From Thiopseudomonas sp. (lineage in GTDB: Bacteria; Pseudomonadota; Gammaproteobacteria; Pseudomonadales; Pseudomonadaceae), in assembly GCA_035271365.1 (NCBI GenBank), contig DATERS010000159.1, forward strand, positions 14,886-78,885: 64,000 nucleotides of DNA, in the 5' to 3' direction. Under the pieces are notes generated by a model. The model worked only from the letters and a program-made list of their open reading frames with translations, was not told where the DNA came from and did no database searches. A program made the position numbers and the translations under genes. This document shows positions 10,601-21,019 of the stretch, piece by piece (position 1 is the first letter of the stretch; the number at the start of each line of letters is the position of its first letter).

Positions 10601-11211
10601 TGAAAAATCATGAACGCGTTGAAAAAAACGTTGGTTTACTCGCGCTCTTTATGGTGATTGCGGTCAGTATTGGTGGCTTGGTACAAATCGTACCGCTGTT
10701 CTTCCAAGACTTAGTAAATGAGCCTGTGGAGGGTTTAAAGCCCTACACAGCTCTGCAACTGGAAGGTCGCGACATTTATATCCGTGAAGGTTGCGTTCAG
10801 TGCCACTCACAGATGATTCGTCCTTTCCGTGCTGAAACCGAGCGTTACGGTCACTACTCTGTAGCGGGCGAAAGCGTCTATGAGCACCCATTCTTATGGG
10901 GCTCTAAGCGTACTGGGCCAGACTTGGCGCGCGTTGGTGGTCGTTACTCTGATGACTGGCACCGTGCTCACCTCTACAACCCACGTAACGTTGTACCTGA
11001 GTCTAAGATGCCTGCTTACCCTTGGTTAGTAGAAAACAAATTAGACGGCAGAGATACCGTTGCTAAAATTGAAGCCATGCGCTGGTTAGGCGTGCCTTAC
11101 ACCGATGCTGACATCAGCGGTGCAGTTGCAGCAGTTAAGGGCAAGACTGAAATGGAGGCTGTTGTAGCCTACCTGCAGGTACTTGGTACATCTATTAAGA
11201 GTAAACGGTAA
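10600..11211 (+). CDS. ccoO: cbb3-type cytochrome c oxidase subunit II (monoheme)
   Basis: Contains the CVQCH heme-binding motif. It overlaps the ccoN stop as TAATG. Confidence 0.97.
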   Translation: MKNHERVEKNVGLLALFMVIAVSIGGLVQIVPLFFQDLVNEPVEGLKPYTALQLEGRDIYIREGCVQCHSQMIRPFRAETERYGHYSVAGESVYEHPFLWGSKRTGPDLARVGGRYSDDWHRAHLYNPRNVVPESKMPAYPWLVENKLDGRDTVAKIEAMRWLGVPYTDADISGAVAAVKGKTEMEAVVAYLQVLGTSIKSKR

Positions 11212-11216
11212 CGTTA

Positions 11217-11408
11217 ATGGACATTGGATTTCTTCGCGGCGCAGGTACACTACTCCTTCTGGTAGCTTTTATTGGAATGGTGTTTTGGGTTTACAACAAC
11301 AAGCGTAAATCAAACTTTGATGAGGCTGCTAACTTACCCTTCGCTGACGAAGAACCAAGCTCTAGTAACAAGCCGAACAAAGACACATCCAGGAGCAACA
11401 ACCCATGA
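11217..11408 (+). CDS. ccoQ: cbb3-type cytochrome oxidase small subunit CcoQ/FixQ
   Basis: 63 aa with a single transmembrane segment, located between ccoO and ccoP. Confidence 0.85.
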   Translation: MDIGFLRGAGTLLLLVAFIGMVFWVYNNKRKSNFDEAANLPFADEEPSSSNKPNKDTSRSNNP

Positions 11409-12319
11409 CTTCTTTCTGGAATTGGTACATCGTAATTCTTACGAGCGGTACTATTCTGGCCATAACGTGGCTCATTTTTGCGACACGTAAAGGTCAACGC
11501 AGTGATACAACGGATGAAACCTTAGGTCACGTCTACGATGGCATTGAAGAATACGACAACCCTTTACCACGCTGGTGGTTTATGTTGTTTGTCGGTACTA
11601 TCATTTTTGCTGTCGGCTACCTTGTTCTTTACCCTGGTATGGGTAACTGGAAAGGTGTTTTGCCAGGTTATGAAGGCGGTTGGACTTCAACTAAGCAATA
11701 TGATCGCGAAATGGTTAAGGCTGATGGTAAATACGGCCCTATTTTTGCTAAATATGCTGCAATGCCGATTGAAGATGTTGCTAAAGATGATGACGCTTTA
11801 AAAATGGGCGGACGCCTCTTTTCTGCGCACTGTTCTGTATGCCACGGTTCTGATGCAAAAGGTGCACACGGCTTCCCTAACTTGACCGATAATGATTGGA
11901 TTTGGGGCGGCGAGCCTACAACCATTAAAACGTCAATTATGAACGGTCGTGTAGCCGCAATGCCAGGCTGGGAAGCTGCTTTAGGTAACGAAGGCGTCAA
12001 AAACGTGACTGGCTATGTACGTGGCCTATCAGGATTGAAAAATCCAGAAGGTATTGATCTTGAAGCAGGTCAACAGTCTTACAACACAATGTGTGTAGCC
12101 TGTCACGGCCCAGACGGTAAAGGTAACCAGATGCTTGGTGCACCTAACCTAACAGACAGAATATGGTTGTACGGCTCGAGCTTTGCTCAAGTTCAACAAA
12201 CCATTCGTCATGGCCGTAACGGTCAAATGCCTGCGCAAGCTGACTTCCTAGGCAATGACAAAGTTCACTTATTAGCTGCTTATGTATACAGCCTATCCAA
12301 TGAGTCGCAAGATCAGTAA
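11405..12319 (+). CDS. ccoP: cbb3-type cytochrome c oxidase subunit III (diheme)
   Basis: Two CxxCH motifs (CSVCH and CVACH). It overlaps ccoQ as ATGA. Confidence 0.97.
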   Translation: MTSFWNWYIVILTSGTILAITWLIFATRKGQRSDTTDETLGHVYDGIEEYDNPLPRWWFMLFVGTIIFAVGYLVLYPGMGNWKGVLPGYEGGWTSTKQYDREMVKADGKYGPIFAKYAAMPIEDVAKDDDALKMGGRLFSAHCSVCHGSDAKGAHGFPNLTDNDWIWGGEPTTIKTSIMNGRVAAMPGWEAALGNEGVKNVTGYVRGLSGLKNPEGIDLEAGQQSYNTMCVACHGPDGKGNQMLGAPNLTDRIWLYGSSFAQVQQTIRHGRNGQMPAQADFLGNDKVHLLAAYVYSLSNESQDQ

Positions 12320-12394
12320 ATGATCCCTGCGACATGCTGTCACTCTCTGCTGGACCCTCAGCAGGCGTACCATATAAAGCAGTTATAAGTTTGT

Positions 12395-12424
12395 TCCGGC
12401 CAGTTCTACTGGCCGGATCTTTTA
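12395..12424 (+). terminator. rho-independent terminator after ccoP
   Basis: TCCGGCCAGT-TCT-ACTGGCCGGA followed by TCTTTT. It separates ccoNOQP from ccoGHIS. Confidence 0.7.
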
Positions 12425-12446
12425 AAAACCGCACCGGTACAACCTG

Positions 12447-13850
12447 ATGACTGAAAAAATACCTGTAAAAAATATCACTTCAAGCAACGAAAGTACAAGC
12501 CTGTACGCTAAACGTGAAAAAATTTATACCCGTGCATTTACGGGCATTTTTCGTAATATTCGTATCGTTTCTGGCTTATTTCTTTTTGCTCTATTTCTCG
12601 GAACTGCATGGTTGCAGTGGGGCGACCGCCAAGCTGTTTGGTGGAATTTACCCGAGCGAAAATTCTATGTATTTGGTGCAACATTTTGGCCACAAGACTT
12701 TATGCTATTGTCTTGGCTGCTGATTATTTGTGCCTTTGGCTTATTTTTTATTACCGTGTTTGCTGGACGTGTTTGGTGCGGCTATACCTGCCCACAAAGC
12801 GTCTGGACATGGATTTTTATGTGGTGCGAAAAAGTCACTGAAGGTGACCGCAACGCGCGCATGAAGCTTGATAAAGCACCTATGTCTGCTAACAAGTTGA
12901 TGCGTAAAACCGCTAAGCATGCCCTATGGGTGAGTATCGGCGCGCTAACCGGTTTTACCTTTGTTGGCTACTTCACTCCGATTCGTGAACTACCACTGCA
13001 ACTGATTACTGGTGCTGCAGGGGGTTGGGCTTACTTTTGGTTTGGCTTTTTCACTTTATTGACCTACCTCAACGCTGGTTTTTTACGCGAGCAAGTGTGC
13101 ATCCATATGTGCCCTTACTCGCGCTTCCAGAGTGTAATGTTTGATAAAGATACGCTGATTGTTTCTTATGACCCTGAGCGTGGTGAGAATCGTGGTCCCC
13201 GTAAGAAAGGCAGCGACTACAAAGCACAAGGCTTAGGTGACTGTATTGACTGTAAACTGTGCGTGCATGTCTGCCCAACAGGTATTGATATTCGTGACGG
13301 TTTACAGATCGCCTGTATCGGTTGTGCAGCCTGTATTGATGCCTGCGATGATGTCATGCTTAAAGTTGGCTATCCAAAAGGACTGATCAGCTATACCACT
13401 GAGCATAACTTATCCGGCCAGAAAACCAAGATGGTTCGTCCGCGCTTAATTGGTTACGCTGTAGCGCTATTGGTCATGAGTAGCTTGTTTGGCTACACAG
13501 TTTTCAACCGCAACTTAGTTGAACTCAACGTGATCAAAGACCGCACGCCTTACCGTGAAAATCAAGAAGCTCGCATTGAAAACGTTTACACTATTAAAGT
13601 GATGAACAAAGATCAAAAAGACCATGTCTTTATGATTGAGGCCAGCGGCTTAAAAGGCTTAACTCTTGAAGGTAAGCAGCATGTTATGGCTGCAGCAGGT
13701 GAGATTCTAACGGTTCCTGTATCCATCTCAGTTGCCCCAGAAGACTTGCCCTCAAGCACCAATAAGATTGAATTTAAAGTTCACTCTGAAGATGATGCAA
13801 ATATTACCAGAACAGCAGAAAGTCGCTTCCTTGGTCCAACCATTCGTTAA
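12447..13850 (+). CDS. ccoG: cytochrome c oxidase accessory protein CcoG/FixG (4Fe-4S ferredoxin, cupric reductase family)
   Basis: 467 aa with Cys motifs CIDCKLCVHVCP and CIGCAACIDAC, plus transmembrane segments. Confidence 0.95.
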   Translation: MTEKIPVKNITSSNESTSLYAKREKIYTRAFTGIFRNIRIVSGLFLFALFLGTAWLQWGDRQAVWWNLPERKFYVFGATFWPQDFMLLSWLLIICAFGLFFITVFAGRVWCGYTCPQSVWTWIFMWCEKVTEGDRNARMKLDKAPMSANKLMRKTAKHALWVSIGALTGFTFVGYFTPIRELPLQLITGAAGGWAYFWFGFFTLLTYLNAGFLREQVCIHMCPYSRFQSVMFDKDTLIVSYDPERGENRGPRKKGSDYKAQGLGDCIDCKLCVHVCPTGIDIRDGLQIACIGCAACIDACDDVMLKVGYPKGLISYTTEHNLSGQKTKMVRPRLIGYAVALLVMSSLFGYTVFNRNLVELNVIKDRTPYRENQEARIENVYTIKVMNKDQKDHVFMIEASGLKGLTLEGKQHVMAAAGEILTVPVSISVAPEDLPSSTNKIEFKVHSEDDANITRTAESRFLGPTIR

Positions 13851-13864
13851 TTAAAGGATATTGT

Positions 13865-14365
13865 ATGCAGCCCGAAGACAATGTTTTACCCTGGTATAAA
13901 GAAGTTTGGCCTTGGTTTATCATTGGTATGCTCAGTTTCTCTGTGGTACTCGGGCTGTCTTTATTGACGATAGCAATCCGTAATGCCGACAGCCTAGTGG
14001 TCGATAACTACTATGATGTCGGTAAAGGCATTAACACCTCTCTTGAGCGCGAAAAGCTTGCTGAGCAACTCGAAATGACAGGAACGCTCAACCTAGATAA
14101 CACGACCGGTCAGGTCGAACTTGTGATCTCAGGCCAAAGTCGTCCCCAGCAGTTAGTACTTAACTTAATTTCACCCACTCAAGAAAAGAAAGACCGCCGT
14201 ATTATTTTACAGCCGGCAGGCGGTGACCTGTACCGTGGCCTCTTAGAGGACGAAATTCAAGGCCGTCGTTTTGTCGAAATTCTGGGTCAAGAAGAAGGTG
14301 CTGATTGGCGCTTATTTGAAGAGCACACTCTGCAGAACGGTCAATCTATTCGCTTAAGCAATTGA
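13865..14365 (+). CDS. ccoH: FixH/CcoH family cbb3 assembly protein
   Basis: 166 aa with an N-terminal transmembrane segment, located between ccoG and ccoI. Confidence 0.85.
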   Translation: MQPEDNVLPWYKEVWPWFIIGMLSFSVVLGLSLLTIAIRNADSLVVDNYYDVGKGINTSLEREKLAEQLEMTGTLNLDNTTGQVELVISGQSRPQQLVLNLISPTQEKKDRRIILQPAGGDLYRGLLEDEIQGRRFVEILGQEEGADWRLFEEHTLQNGQSIRLSN

Positions 14366-14433
14366 GCTCAACTGGCTCTCTTGCTGTAATACAGCATGCT
14401 AAAAGCTGCTTCACTTATCGATAGCTGACTATT

Positions 14434-16827
14434 ATGGTTGCGCCTTTATCCTGTTATCACTGCGGCTTACCTGTTTTAACAGGTGATGCCTTTACGGCTG
14501 TTGTGTTAAAGGAATCCCGCGTTTTTTGCTGTCCAGGCTGCCAAGCCGTGGCGCAAACCATTATTGCCGGCGGACTCGAAAGTTATTATTTACACCGCAG
14601 CGAATCTTCATCTAACCCTGAAGCGCTGCCCGGTGTCCTGCCTGACGAACTTCTGCTACTTGATCGCGAAGATATTCAAAAACCTTTTGTTAGCATTTCA
14701 GGCAAGATCAGCGAAACCAAACTGCTGATCGAAGGTATTACCTGTGCGGCGTGTGGTTGGTTGATCGAAAAACACCTTAAGCAACTACCTGGTGTGATCG
14801 ATACCTCGCTGAATCTCAGCAACCATCGTTTATCGATTCAATGGGATGCAGAGCAGATTGTATTATCTGAACTGCTCAAGACCATTCGTCATATTGGCTA
14901 TGCCGCCCACCCTTGGCAACCCGATACGGTCAGCCAACAAATGCAAATAGATAATCGCCGTGCGCTACGTAAGCTGGGTGTCGCAGGTCTATTGTGGATG
15001 CAGGTGATGATGGCCTCCATGGCCACGTGGCCTGAGTTCAACCTTGATTTATCTGAAGGAATGGACCGCCTGCTGCGCTGGGTCAGTTTAATTCTCACCA
15101 CACCCATCGTATTTTATTGCAGCAGTGAATTTTTCCACGGCGCCTTGCGTGATTTACGGACACGCCACTTAACCATGGATGTATCGGTTTCACTGGCGAT
15201 TGCTGGAGCCTATGCGGCGGGAATCTGGTCAACATTGACAGGCCAAGGCGATCTCTACTTTGATGCCGCAGGTATGTTTGCTCTGTTTTTATTATCAGGG
15301 CGCTATCTAGAGCGACGCGCACGTGAGCGTACTTCTGCAGCCACCTCTCAATTGGTAAATTTACTACCCGCTTCATGTCTGCGCGTAAATGCAGACGGCA
15401 GCAGTGAGCGTATTTTACTGAGCGAATTACGCAAAGGTGACCAATTGCTGGTCCCTCCCGGCAGTTTAATTCCTGCTGATGGCTGCATTACCTCAGGTAC
15501 ATCCAGCATCGATGAATCATTGCTAACCGGCGAATACCTGCCCTTAGCTAAAAAACCTGGCGATACAGTTGTTGCCGGCACGCTGAATATTGAAGGCCCG
15601 CTGACCATTGATGTTTTAGCCTTAGGTGAAGAGACGCAGCTCTCAGCAATTGTGCGTTTATTAGAACGGGCGCAATCACTTAAGCCGCGCCTTGCTGAGC
15701 TGGCTGATACTGTTGCCCAGTGGTTCTTAATTAGCGTGCTCTTGATTGCTGCAGTAGTCGGTTTAATCTGGTTACAGATTGATTCTTCTCGGGCTTTCTG
15801 GATTGTATTATCGCTGTTAGTTGCCACCTGCCCCTGTGCTTTATCGCTGGCAACCCCCACCGCGCTCACTGCGGCAACCGGCTCACTGCATAAGCTGGGC
15901 CTGCTGATTACTAAAAGCCATGTACTGGAAAGTTTTCAGAAAGTGGATACGGTTATTTTTGATAAAACCGGCACACTCACCGAAGGCAAATTAACCTTAA
16001 AGCAGGTTTCACTTTTAGCTCAACTCAATGAAACTCAGTGTTTAGAACTGGCTGCCGCACTGGAAAGCCATTCTGAACACCCTATTGCCCGTGCATTTGG
16101 CCGTACAACAACGACAGCACAAGACGTGCAAAGCGCACCCGGTTTAGGCCTAGAAGGTTGGGTGAATGGCCAGCAATTGCGCATTGGTCGCCCGGACTAT
16201 GTCAGTGCACTCGGCAACTACCCTACCCCCGAAATGCCCAGTCAGGCCGGCCAATGGCTGTTACTGGGTGACTCGCAACACGCTCTGGCTTGGTTTGCCT
16301 TAGATGATAAGTTGCGTGAAGACGCTCCTGCACTACTGGAAACATGTCGTGCACGCGGCTGGCAAGTACTGTTACTCTCAGGTGACAGTTCGCCCATGGT
16401 GCAGCAGATCGCCGAGCAACTGCAGATCACTGATGCGCGTGGAGGTCTAACACCTGACGATAAACTGCAAGTGCTTAAAGAGTTACACAGCCAAGGCCGC
16501 CACGTTTTAATGCTGGGTGATGGCGTCAATGATGTGCCAGTACTCGCCGCTGCTGATATCAGTATTGCGATGGGCAGCGCCAGTGATCTTGCTAAAACCA
16601 CAGCGGATGCCATTTTACTATCCAACAGTCTTAGCAGTTTGGTCAGCGCACTGGCCGTTGCCAAAAAAACTCGCCGCGTGATAATAGAAAATCTGGCCTG
16701 GGCTACGCTGTACAATGGCTTAGTGATTCCATTTGCTGCCCTTGGTTGGGTCACCCCTGGCTGGGCCGCATTTGGTATGTCGATCAGCTCATTACTGGTG
16801 GTTTTAAACGCGCTGCGACTCACTTGA
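14434..16827 (+). CDS. ccoI: copper-translocating P-type ATPase CcoI/FixI
   Basis: 797 aa with an N-terminal Cys-rich domain, an HMA CxxC motif (GITCAACGW), the CPC motif (ATCPCAL), DKTGT and GDGVND. Confidence 0.95.
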   Translation: MVAPLSCYHCGLPVLTGDAFTAVVLKESRVFCCPGCQAVAQTIIAGGLESYYLHRSESSSNPEALPGVLPDELLLLDREDIQKPFVSISGKISETKLLIEGITCAACGWLIEKHLKQLPGVIDTSLNLSNHRLSIQWDAEQIVLSELLKTIRHIGYAAHPWQPDTVSQQMQIDNRRALRKLGVAGLLWMQVMMASMATWPEFNLDLSEGMDRLLRWVSLILTTPIVFYCSSEFFHGALRDLRTRHLTMDVSVSLAIAGAYAAGIWSTLTGQGDLYFDAAGMFALFLLSGRYLERRARERTSAATSQLVNLLPASCLRVNADGSSERILLSELRKGDQLLVPPGSLIPADGCITSGTSSIDESLLTGEYLPLAKKPGDTVVAGTLNIEGPLTIDVLALGEETQLSAIVRLLERAQSLKPRLAELADTVAQWFLISVLLIAAVVGLIWLQIDSSRAFWIVLSLLVATCPCALSLATPTALTAATGSLHKLGLLITKSHVLESFQKVDTVIFDKTGTLTEGKLTLKQVSLLAQLNETQCLELAAALESHSEHPIARAFGRTTTTAQDVQSAPGLGLEGWVNGQQLRIGRPDYVSALGNYPTPEMPSQAGQWLLLGDSQHALAWFALDDKLREDAPALLETCRARGWQVLLLSGDSSPMVQQIAEQLQITDARGGLTPDDKLQVLKELHSQGRHVLMLGDGVNDVPVLAAADISIAMGSASDLAKTTADAILLSNSLSSLVSALAVAKKTRRVIIENLAWATLYNGLVIPFAALGWVTPGWAAFGMSISSLLVVLNALRLT

Positions 16828-16866
16828 TTTCAAGAGACACTTTAATTTATTTTAGCGAGGCATACG

Positions 16867-17079
16867 ATGGCCGCTCTATATGTAATGATTCCCGCCGCTT
16901 TGATTCTTGTGGCATTAGCGATTCGCTTATTTTTCTGGGCGGTCGACAATGGCCAATATGAAGACTTAGACGGCCCTGCACACAGCATTTTATTTGATGA
17001 CGAAGACCCAATGCACACCGCAGGCATGAAACATGACAGTACGCCTGACGAAACGACGGATAAACAGCAACATGACTGA
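16867..17079 (+). CDS. ccoS: cbb3-type cytochrome oxidase assembly protein CcoS/FixS
   Basis: 70 aa with a single transmembrane segment (MAALYVMIPAALILVALAI), located directly after ccoI. Confidence 0.85.
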   Translation: MAALYVMIPAALILVALAIRLFFWAVDNGQYEDLDGPAHSILFDDEDPMHTAGMKHDSTPDETTDKQQHD

Positions 17080-17755
17080 TTTGCTCCCCCTATTAGCTTC
17101 AGCATTTATTCTTGGCCTGCTCGGTGCAGGCCACTGTTTAGGCATGTGCGGCGGCTTAATGGGAGCACTGACTTTAAGCATCCCAGCAGAGCAACAGCAC
17201 AAACGCTTGCGTATGATTATTGCCTATAACCTTGGACGCGTCAGTAGCTATGCCGTAGCCGGTTTCTTATTTGGCTTGCTGGGCTGGGCTGTCGAGCAAA
17301 CTCCTGCGGCTGAGGCGCTGCGCATTGTTGCGGCACTCCTGCTAATTAGCTTAGGCCTCTATTTAGCAGGATGGTGGCATGGTTTAACCCATCTTGAAAA
17401 AATGGGTCGCCATATTTGGAAATATATTCAACCCCTCGCCGGACGCTTACTCCCCGTTAAAAGTACGCCTCATGCATTGCTACTCGGCGCTCTTTGGGGC
17501 TGGCTGCCTTGCGGCTTGGTGTACAGCACCTTATTTTGGACGGCAAGCCAAGGTGACGCTGCAACCAGCGCCCTTCTCATGTTTACCTTTGGTTTAGGCA
17601 CATGGCCGGTTTTGCTGGCTTCAGGTTTAGCGGCTGAGCGCGTCACCGCATTTTTACGCAAACAAAATGTTCGCTATGCCGCCGGTGCCATGGTTATTTT
17701 ATATGGTTTATGGACTTTACCTGGACCACACCAACACTGGCTGATGGGACACTGA
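17072..17755 (+). CDS. sulfite exporter TauE/SafE-like (DsbD_2 domain) membrane protein
   Basis: Contains the GHCLGMCGG motif and is polytopic. The start is trimmed to the ATG at 17072 (MTDLLPLL), which overlaps the ccoS stop as ATGACTGA. Confidence 0.75.
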   Translation: MTDLLPLLASAFILGLLGAGHCLGMCGGLMGALTLSIPAEQQHKRLRMIIAYNLGRVSSYAVAGFLFGLLGWAVEQTPAAEALRIVAALLLISLGLYLAGWWHGLTHLEKMGRHIWKYIQPLAGRLLPVKSTPHALLLGALWGWLPCGLVYSTLFWTASQGDAATSALLMFTFGLGTWPVLLASGLAAERVTAFLRKQNVRYAAGAMVILYGLWTLPGPHQHWLMGH

Positions 17756-17780
17756 GTTAATCATTGATAAATAAAACAGC

Positions 17781-17794
17781 ATGATACAGATCAA
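17781..17794 (+). promoter_or_regulatory. Anr/FNR box of a class II promoter upstream of hemN
   Basis: ATGAT-ACAG-ATCAA matches TTGAT-N4-ATCAA at 9 of 10 positions. A TATACT -10 hexamer lies at 17817-17822, which puts the box centre about 41.5 nt upstream of the predicted transcription start. Confidence 0.75.
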
Positions 17795-17857
17795 CAGCCA
17801 CCCCTTAATCTGAGCCTATACTCGCTAAAAATGCGAATTATCAAAGGGTTGATGATC

Positions 17858-19198
17858 ATGACTAAGAGTACAGGTTGGAATGCTGCCTTATTTAACAAGT
17901 ACTATTGTTTAGATAAGCATAACCCTGCACTCGAGCAATTCAAGCTGCCTGTCAGTGCTTTGGATCGCTGCAACGCCTTAGAAGCCAGCCGTACAGCAAA
18001 AAGACCTTTGGCGCTTAATATTAGCATCCCGTTTTGCGCCAATGCCTGCTATCACTGCACACAAAAAACCACTGTTACCAAAGACCGAAGTCGCAGCACC
18101 GCCTACTTAAAGAGCTTAGAGCAAGAAATTCGTATGGTCGCACTGCATATCAGCAGCGAACAACCGATCACTCAATTGCATATTGGCGGTGGTACACCGA
18201 CATTTTTAAACTCTATGGAGTTACGGCAGTTGATGCGTTGCCTACAGGATAATTTCACCATCGTTAGCAATAACTTTAGCCACTACAGCATTGATATTGA
18301 CCCGCGTGAAACCGACTGGGCAACCATGGGCGTACTGCGTGAGATCGGTTTTAACCATATTAATATTATGGTGCAAGCGCTTGACCCTGATGTACAACGT
18401 GCGATCAATAGCTTACACAACCCTGAGCAGACGCAAACTCTTGTTGAGGCCGCGCGCACATTACAGTTTCGTAACGTCAGTATCAGTTTGATGTATGGCT
18501 TACCTAAACAAACAGTGCCGTCATTCACTCAGACCCTAAGCAACATTATACAGCTGGCACCTGACCGCATTATCCTCCAAGGCTTCCATCACCACCCTGA
18601 GCAACACCCCATACAGAAGCGCATTGATAAAAAAAGCTTACCCAGTTCGGCAGAAAACGCACAGATACTGCAAACAGCTTTAGAACAGCTTAGCCAAGCT
18701 GACTACCAATATATTGGCATGGATAGTTTTGCTCTGGCTGATGATGATTTAACCATAGCGCAAGAAGACGGCATCTTGCAGCAGACTGTACAGGGCTACA
18801 CCACTCTCACAGGCGCTGATAACCTTGGCTTTGGCGCAGCGGCGATCAGCAAAATCGGTGATCTTTACTACCGCAACACCCCTGATATGACTCGCTATCA
18901 AAGCGCCTGTGATGCCCAGCAACTGCCCCCTGCACAGGGTGTATTGTGCAGCACTGATAAAAAAATCAGCCTCGCTATTACTCAGGCCCTCAACTGCCAA
19001 TTCTATGTTGACTTCACTCCTATTGAGCAGCGCTACGGCTTCCAAGCTAAAGACTATTTTAAACAGCAGTGGCCACAGTTGCTGCAGATGGACAGCGATG
19101 GCCTACTCCATCTCACTGATCACTCTCTGCAAATAACAACACAAGGACGTTTGTTAACCTTTAGCGTCTGCCAATTGTTTAATAACTGCAGCGCCTAA
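17858..19198 (+). CDS. hemN: HemN-family radical SAM protein (oxygen-independent coproporphyrinogen III oxidase homologue, divergent)
   Basis: Contains the CxxxCxxC motif (PFCANACYHC) and GGGTPTF. Its length and synteny (ccoS, TauE-like, hemN, anr) fit hemN. The start is set at the ATG 9 nt after the SD AAGGG. Several HemN motifs are altered (see findings). Confidence 0.8.
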   Translation: MTKSTGWNAALFNKYYCLDKHNPALEQFKLPVSALDRCNALEASRTAKRPLALNISIPFCANACYHCTQKTTVTKDRSRSTAYLKSLEQEIRMVALHISSEQPITQLHIGGGTPTFLNSMELRQLMRCLQDNFTIVSNNFSHYSIDIDPRETDWATMGVLREIGFNHINIMVQALDPDVQRAINSLHNPEQTQTLVEAARTLQFRNVSISLMYGLPKQTVPSFTQTLSNIIQLAPDRIILQGFHHHPEQHPIQKRIDKKSLPSSAENAQILQTALEQLSQADYQYIGMDSFALADDDLTIAQEDGILQQTVQGYTTLTGADNLGFGAAAISKIGDLYYRNTPDMTRYQSACDAQQLPPAQGVLCSTDKKISLAITQALNCQFYVDFTPIEQRYGFQAKDYFKQQWPQLLQMDSDGLLHLTDHSLQITTQGRLLTFSVCQLFNNCSA

Positions 19199-19283
19199 AA
19201 GTTAGAGCATCAGCACACAGGTGATCTAGCCCTTCTCAACCTGATTATAAAACAGTCAAAACGACTGTGTAAAAGTTACGATT

Positions 19284-19316
19284 GCTGCCACACAATAAAC
19301 AAAGTGGCAGCTTTAT
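19284..19316 (+). terminator. probable terminator after hemN
   Basis: GCTGCCAC, a 12-nt loop and GTGGCAGC, followed by TTTAT. Confidence 0.5.
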
Positions 19317-19376
19317 GCCGCCTAAGGTAATCTTAAGCGCAAATATTGACTTATAATCTTGATCAGGAAACTTGGC

Positions 19377-20111
19377 ATGGCAGAAATAATCAATGTGCGT
19401 AGCCCGCACCAAGCGCATTGCAAAGACTGCAGCTTAGCCACGCTATGCCTCCCCCTGTCATTAGACTTACAAGATATGAACACCCTCGACAATATTGTGA
19501 AACGTGGTCGGCCGTTCAAAAAAGGTGAATTCCTCTTTCGCCAAGGCGATCCTTTTGTTTCAGTCTATGCAGTGCGTTCCGGCAGTCTCAAAACTTTTAG
19601 CGTCACCGACAACGGTGAAGAACAAGTCACAGGCTTCCATTTGCCCAGTGAACTGGTAGGTTTGTCAGGTATGGATTCAGAGTTCTATCCCGCCTCTGCT
19701 GTTGCATTAGAAACCACATCAATTTGTGAAATTCCTTTTGAACGACTCGATGAAATCAGCGCTAACTTACCGCAGCTGCGTCGCCAACTCATGCGCATTA
19801 TGAGCCGTGAAATCCGTGATGATCAGCAAATGATGATGCTGCTCTCCAAAAAAACTGCCGATGAACGCATCGCTACATTTTTAGTCAATCTTTCTGCACG
19901 CTTTCGTGCGCGTGGTTACTCACCGCAGCAATTTCGCTTAGCTATGTCGCGCAACGAAATTGGTAACTACTTAGGTCTAGCTGTAGAAACTGTGTCGCGG
20001 GTGTTTACTCGCTTCCAGCAAAATGGACTGTTAATCGCAGAAGGAAAAGAAATCAATCTCATAAACCTGATTGAAATCTGTGAATTAGCAGGCGGCAAAT
20101 TAGATAACTGA
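19377..20111 (+). CDS. anr: FNR/Anr-type oxygen-sensing transcriptional regulator
   Basis: The N-terminal Cys cluster [11 protein letters not shown] plus CEIPF would ligate a [4Fe-4S] cluster. It has a cNMP-binding fold and the recognition helix ETVSR. The start is trimmed to MAEIINV, 4-6 nt after the SD AGGAAA. Confidence 0.95.
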   Translation: MAEIINVRSPHQAHCKDCSLATLCLPLSLDLQDMNTLDNIVKRGRPFKKGEFLFRQGDPFVSVYAVRSGSLKTFSVTDNGEEQVTGFHLPSELVGLSGMDSEFYPASAVALETTSICEIPFERLDEISANLPQLRRQLMRIMSREIRDDQQMMMLLSKKTADERIATFLVNLSARFRARGYSPQQFRLAMSRNEIGNYLGLAVETVSRVFTRFQQNGLLIAEGKEINLINLIEICELAGGKLDN

Positions 20112-20134
20112 CCTGTCCTCTGGAGGCTCAACAT

Positions 20135-20683
20135 ATGATTTTCGATGAATTTGCAATTAAATCTTTAATTCGTCCCATTCCTGATTTCCCTAAAAAGGGC
20201 ATCATTTTTCGTGACATCACCCCACTCTTCCAGTCGCCAAAAGCGATGCGTATGGTGATTGATGGTTTAGTTCAGCGTTATGTAGAAAGCGACTTCACCC
20301 ACGTGGGTGCAATTGAGTCGCGCGGATTTTTATTAGGCTCAACGATTGCCTATGAACTGAACAAGCCGCTGGTACTGTTTCGCAAGCAAGGTAAGCTGCC
20401 AGCGGATGTACTGAGTGAGCCATACGATACGGAATACGAGCAATCCACTCTAGAAGTGCATGCAGATAGCCTCTGTAAAGGCGACAAGGTGCTGCTGATT
20501 GATGACATTATCGCCAGTGGCGGTACATTTGTTGCTGCAGCTCGCTTAATCAGCAGAATGGGCGCAAGCGTTTATGAAGTGGCTGCCATTATCGATCTAC
20601 CGGAACTTGAAGGTTCACAGTTAATGCAAGATATAGGTATACCGACCTTTACTTTGACTGCGTTTACTCTAAACGAACACTAA
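20135..20683 (+). CDS. apt: adenine phosphoribosyltransferase
   Basis: 182 aa with the PRPP-binding motif [13 protein letters not shown]. Confidence 0.95.
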   Translation: MIFDEFAIKSLIRPIPDFPKKGIIFRDITPLFQSPKAMRMVIDGLVQRYVESDFTHVGAIESRGFLLGSTIAYELNKPLVLFRKQGKLPADVLSEPYDTEYEQSTLEVHADSLCKGDKVLLIDDIIASGGTFVAAARLISRMGASVYEVAAIIDLPELEGSQLMQDIGIPTFTLTAFTLNEH

Positions 20684-21019
20684 TACCGCTCTAAGACCCG
20701 CTGAGTGAATACACTGAGCGGGCCCGCCTTTATAAAGCATTTTATAAAAACTTCGCAATCAATTTGTAACCCGTTCTCATTTACCTTACTAACACTTTCC
20801 TACTGCGCTTAAATGCACACTGCGACAACAGGTACCAGTGCTTAGTTGCCTTTCATGAAGCTATAAGTGACATAATACAAATGTCGTATATGCTAAAAGA
20901 GCGCTAAATATGCATCGCTTCACTCACTATAAAAGCACTTCTGTGCATGTAACAGGTTCTGCCTGCTTACAAGCTTGCAGTGTTATATCGGTATCAACCA
21001 TTCCCCGGGGGTATGCACA

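Noticed and set aside
15348-16823. Two long ORFs antisense to ccoI: 173 aa at 15348-15869 and 193 aa at 16242-16823.
   Set aside because: They lie entirely inside a well-supported P-type ATPase gene on the opposite strand. Their products are low-complexity and rich in S, A and R, with no recognisable motif or SD. This is the usual mirror-frame artefact.
20983-20996. Possible Anr box TTATATCGGTATCAA just upstream of cydA.
   Set aside because: The left half-site lacks the critical G (TATAT versus TTGAT). Only the ATCAA half is convincing.
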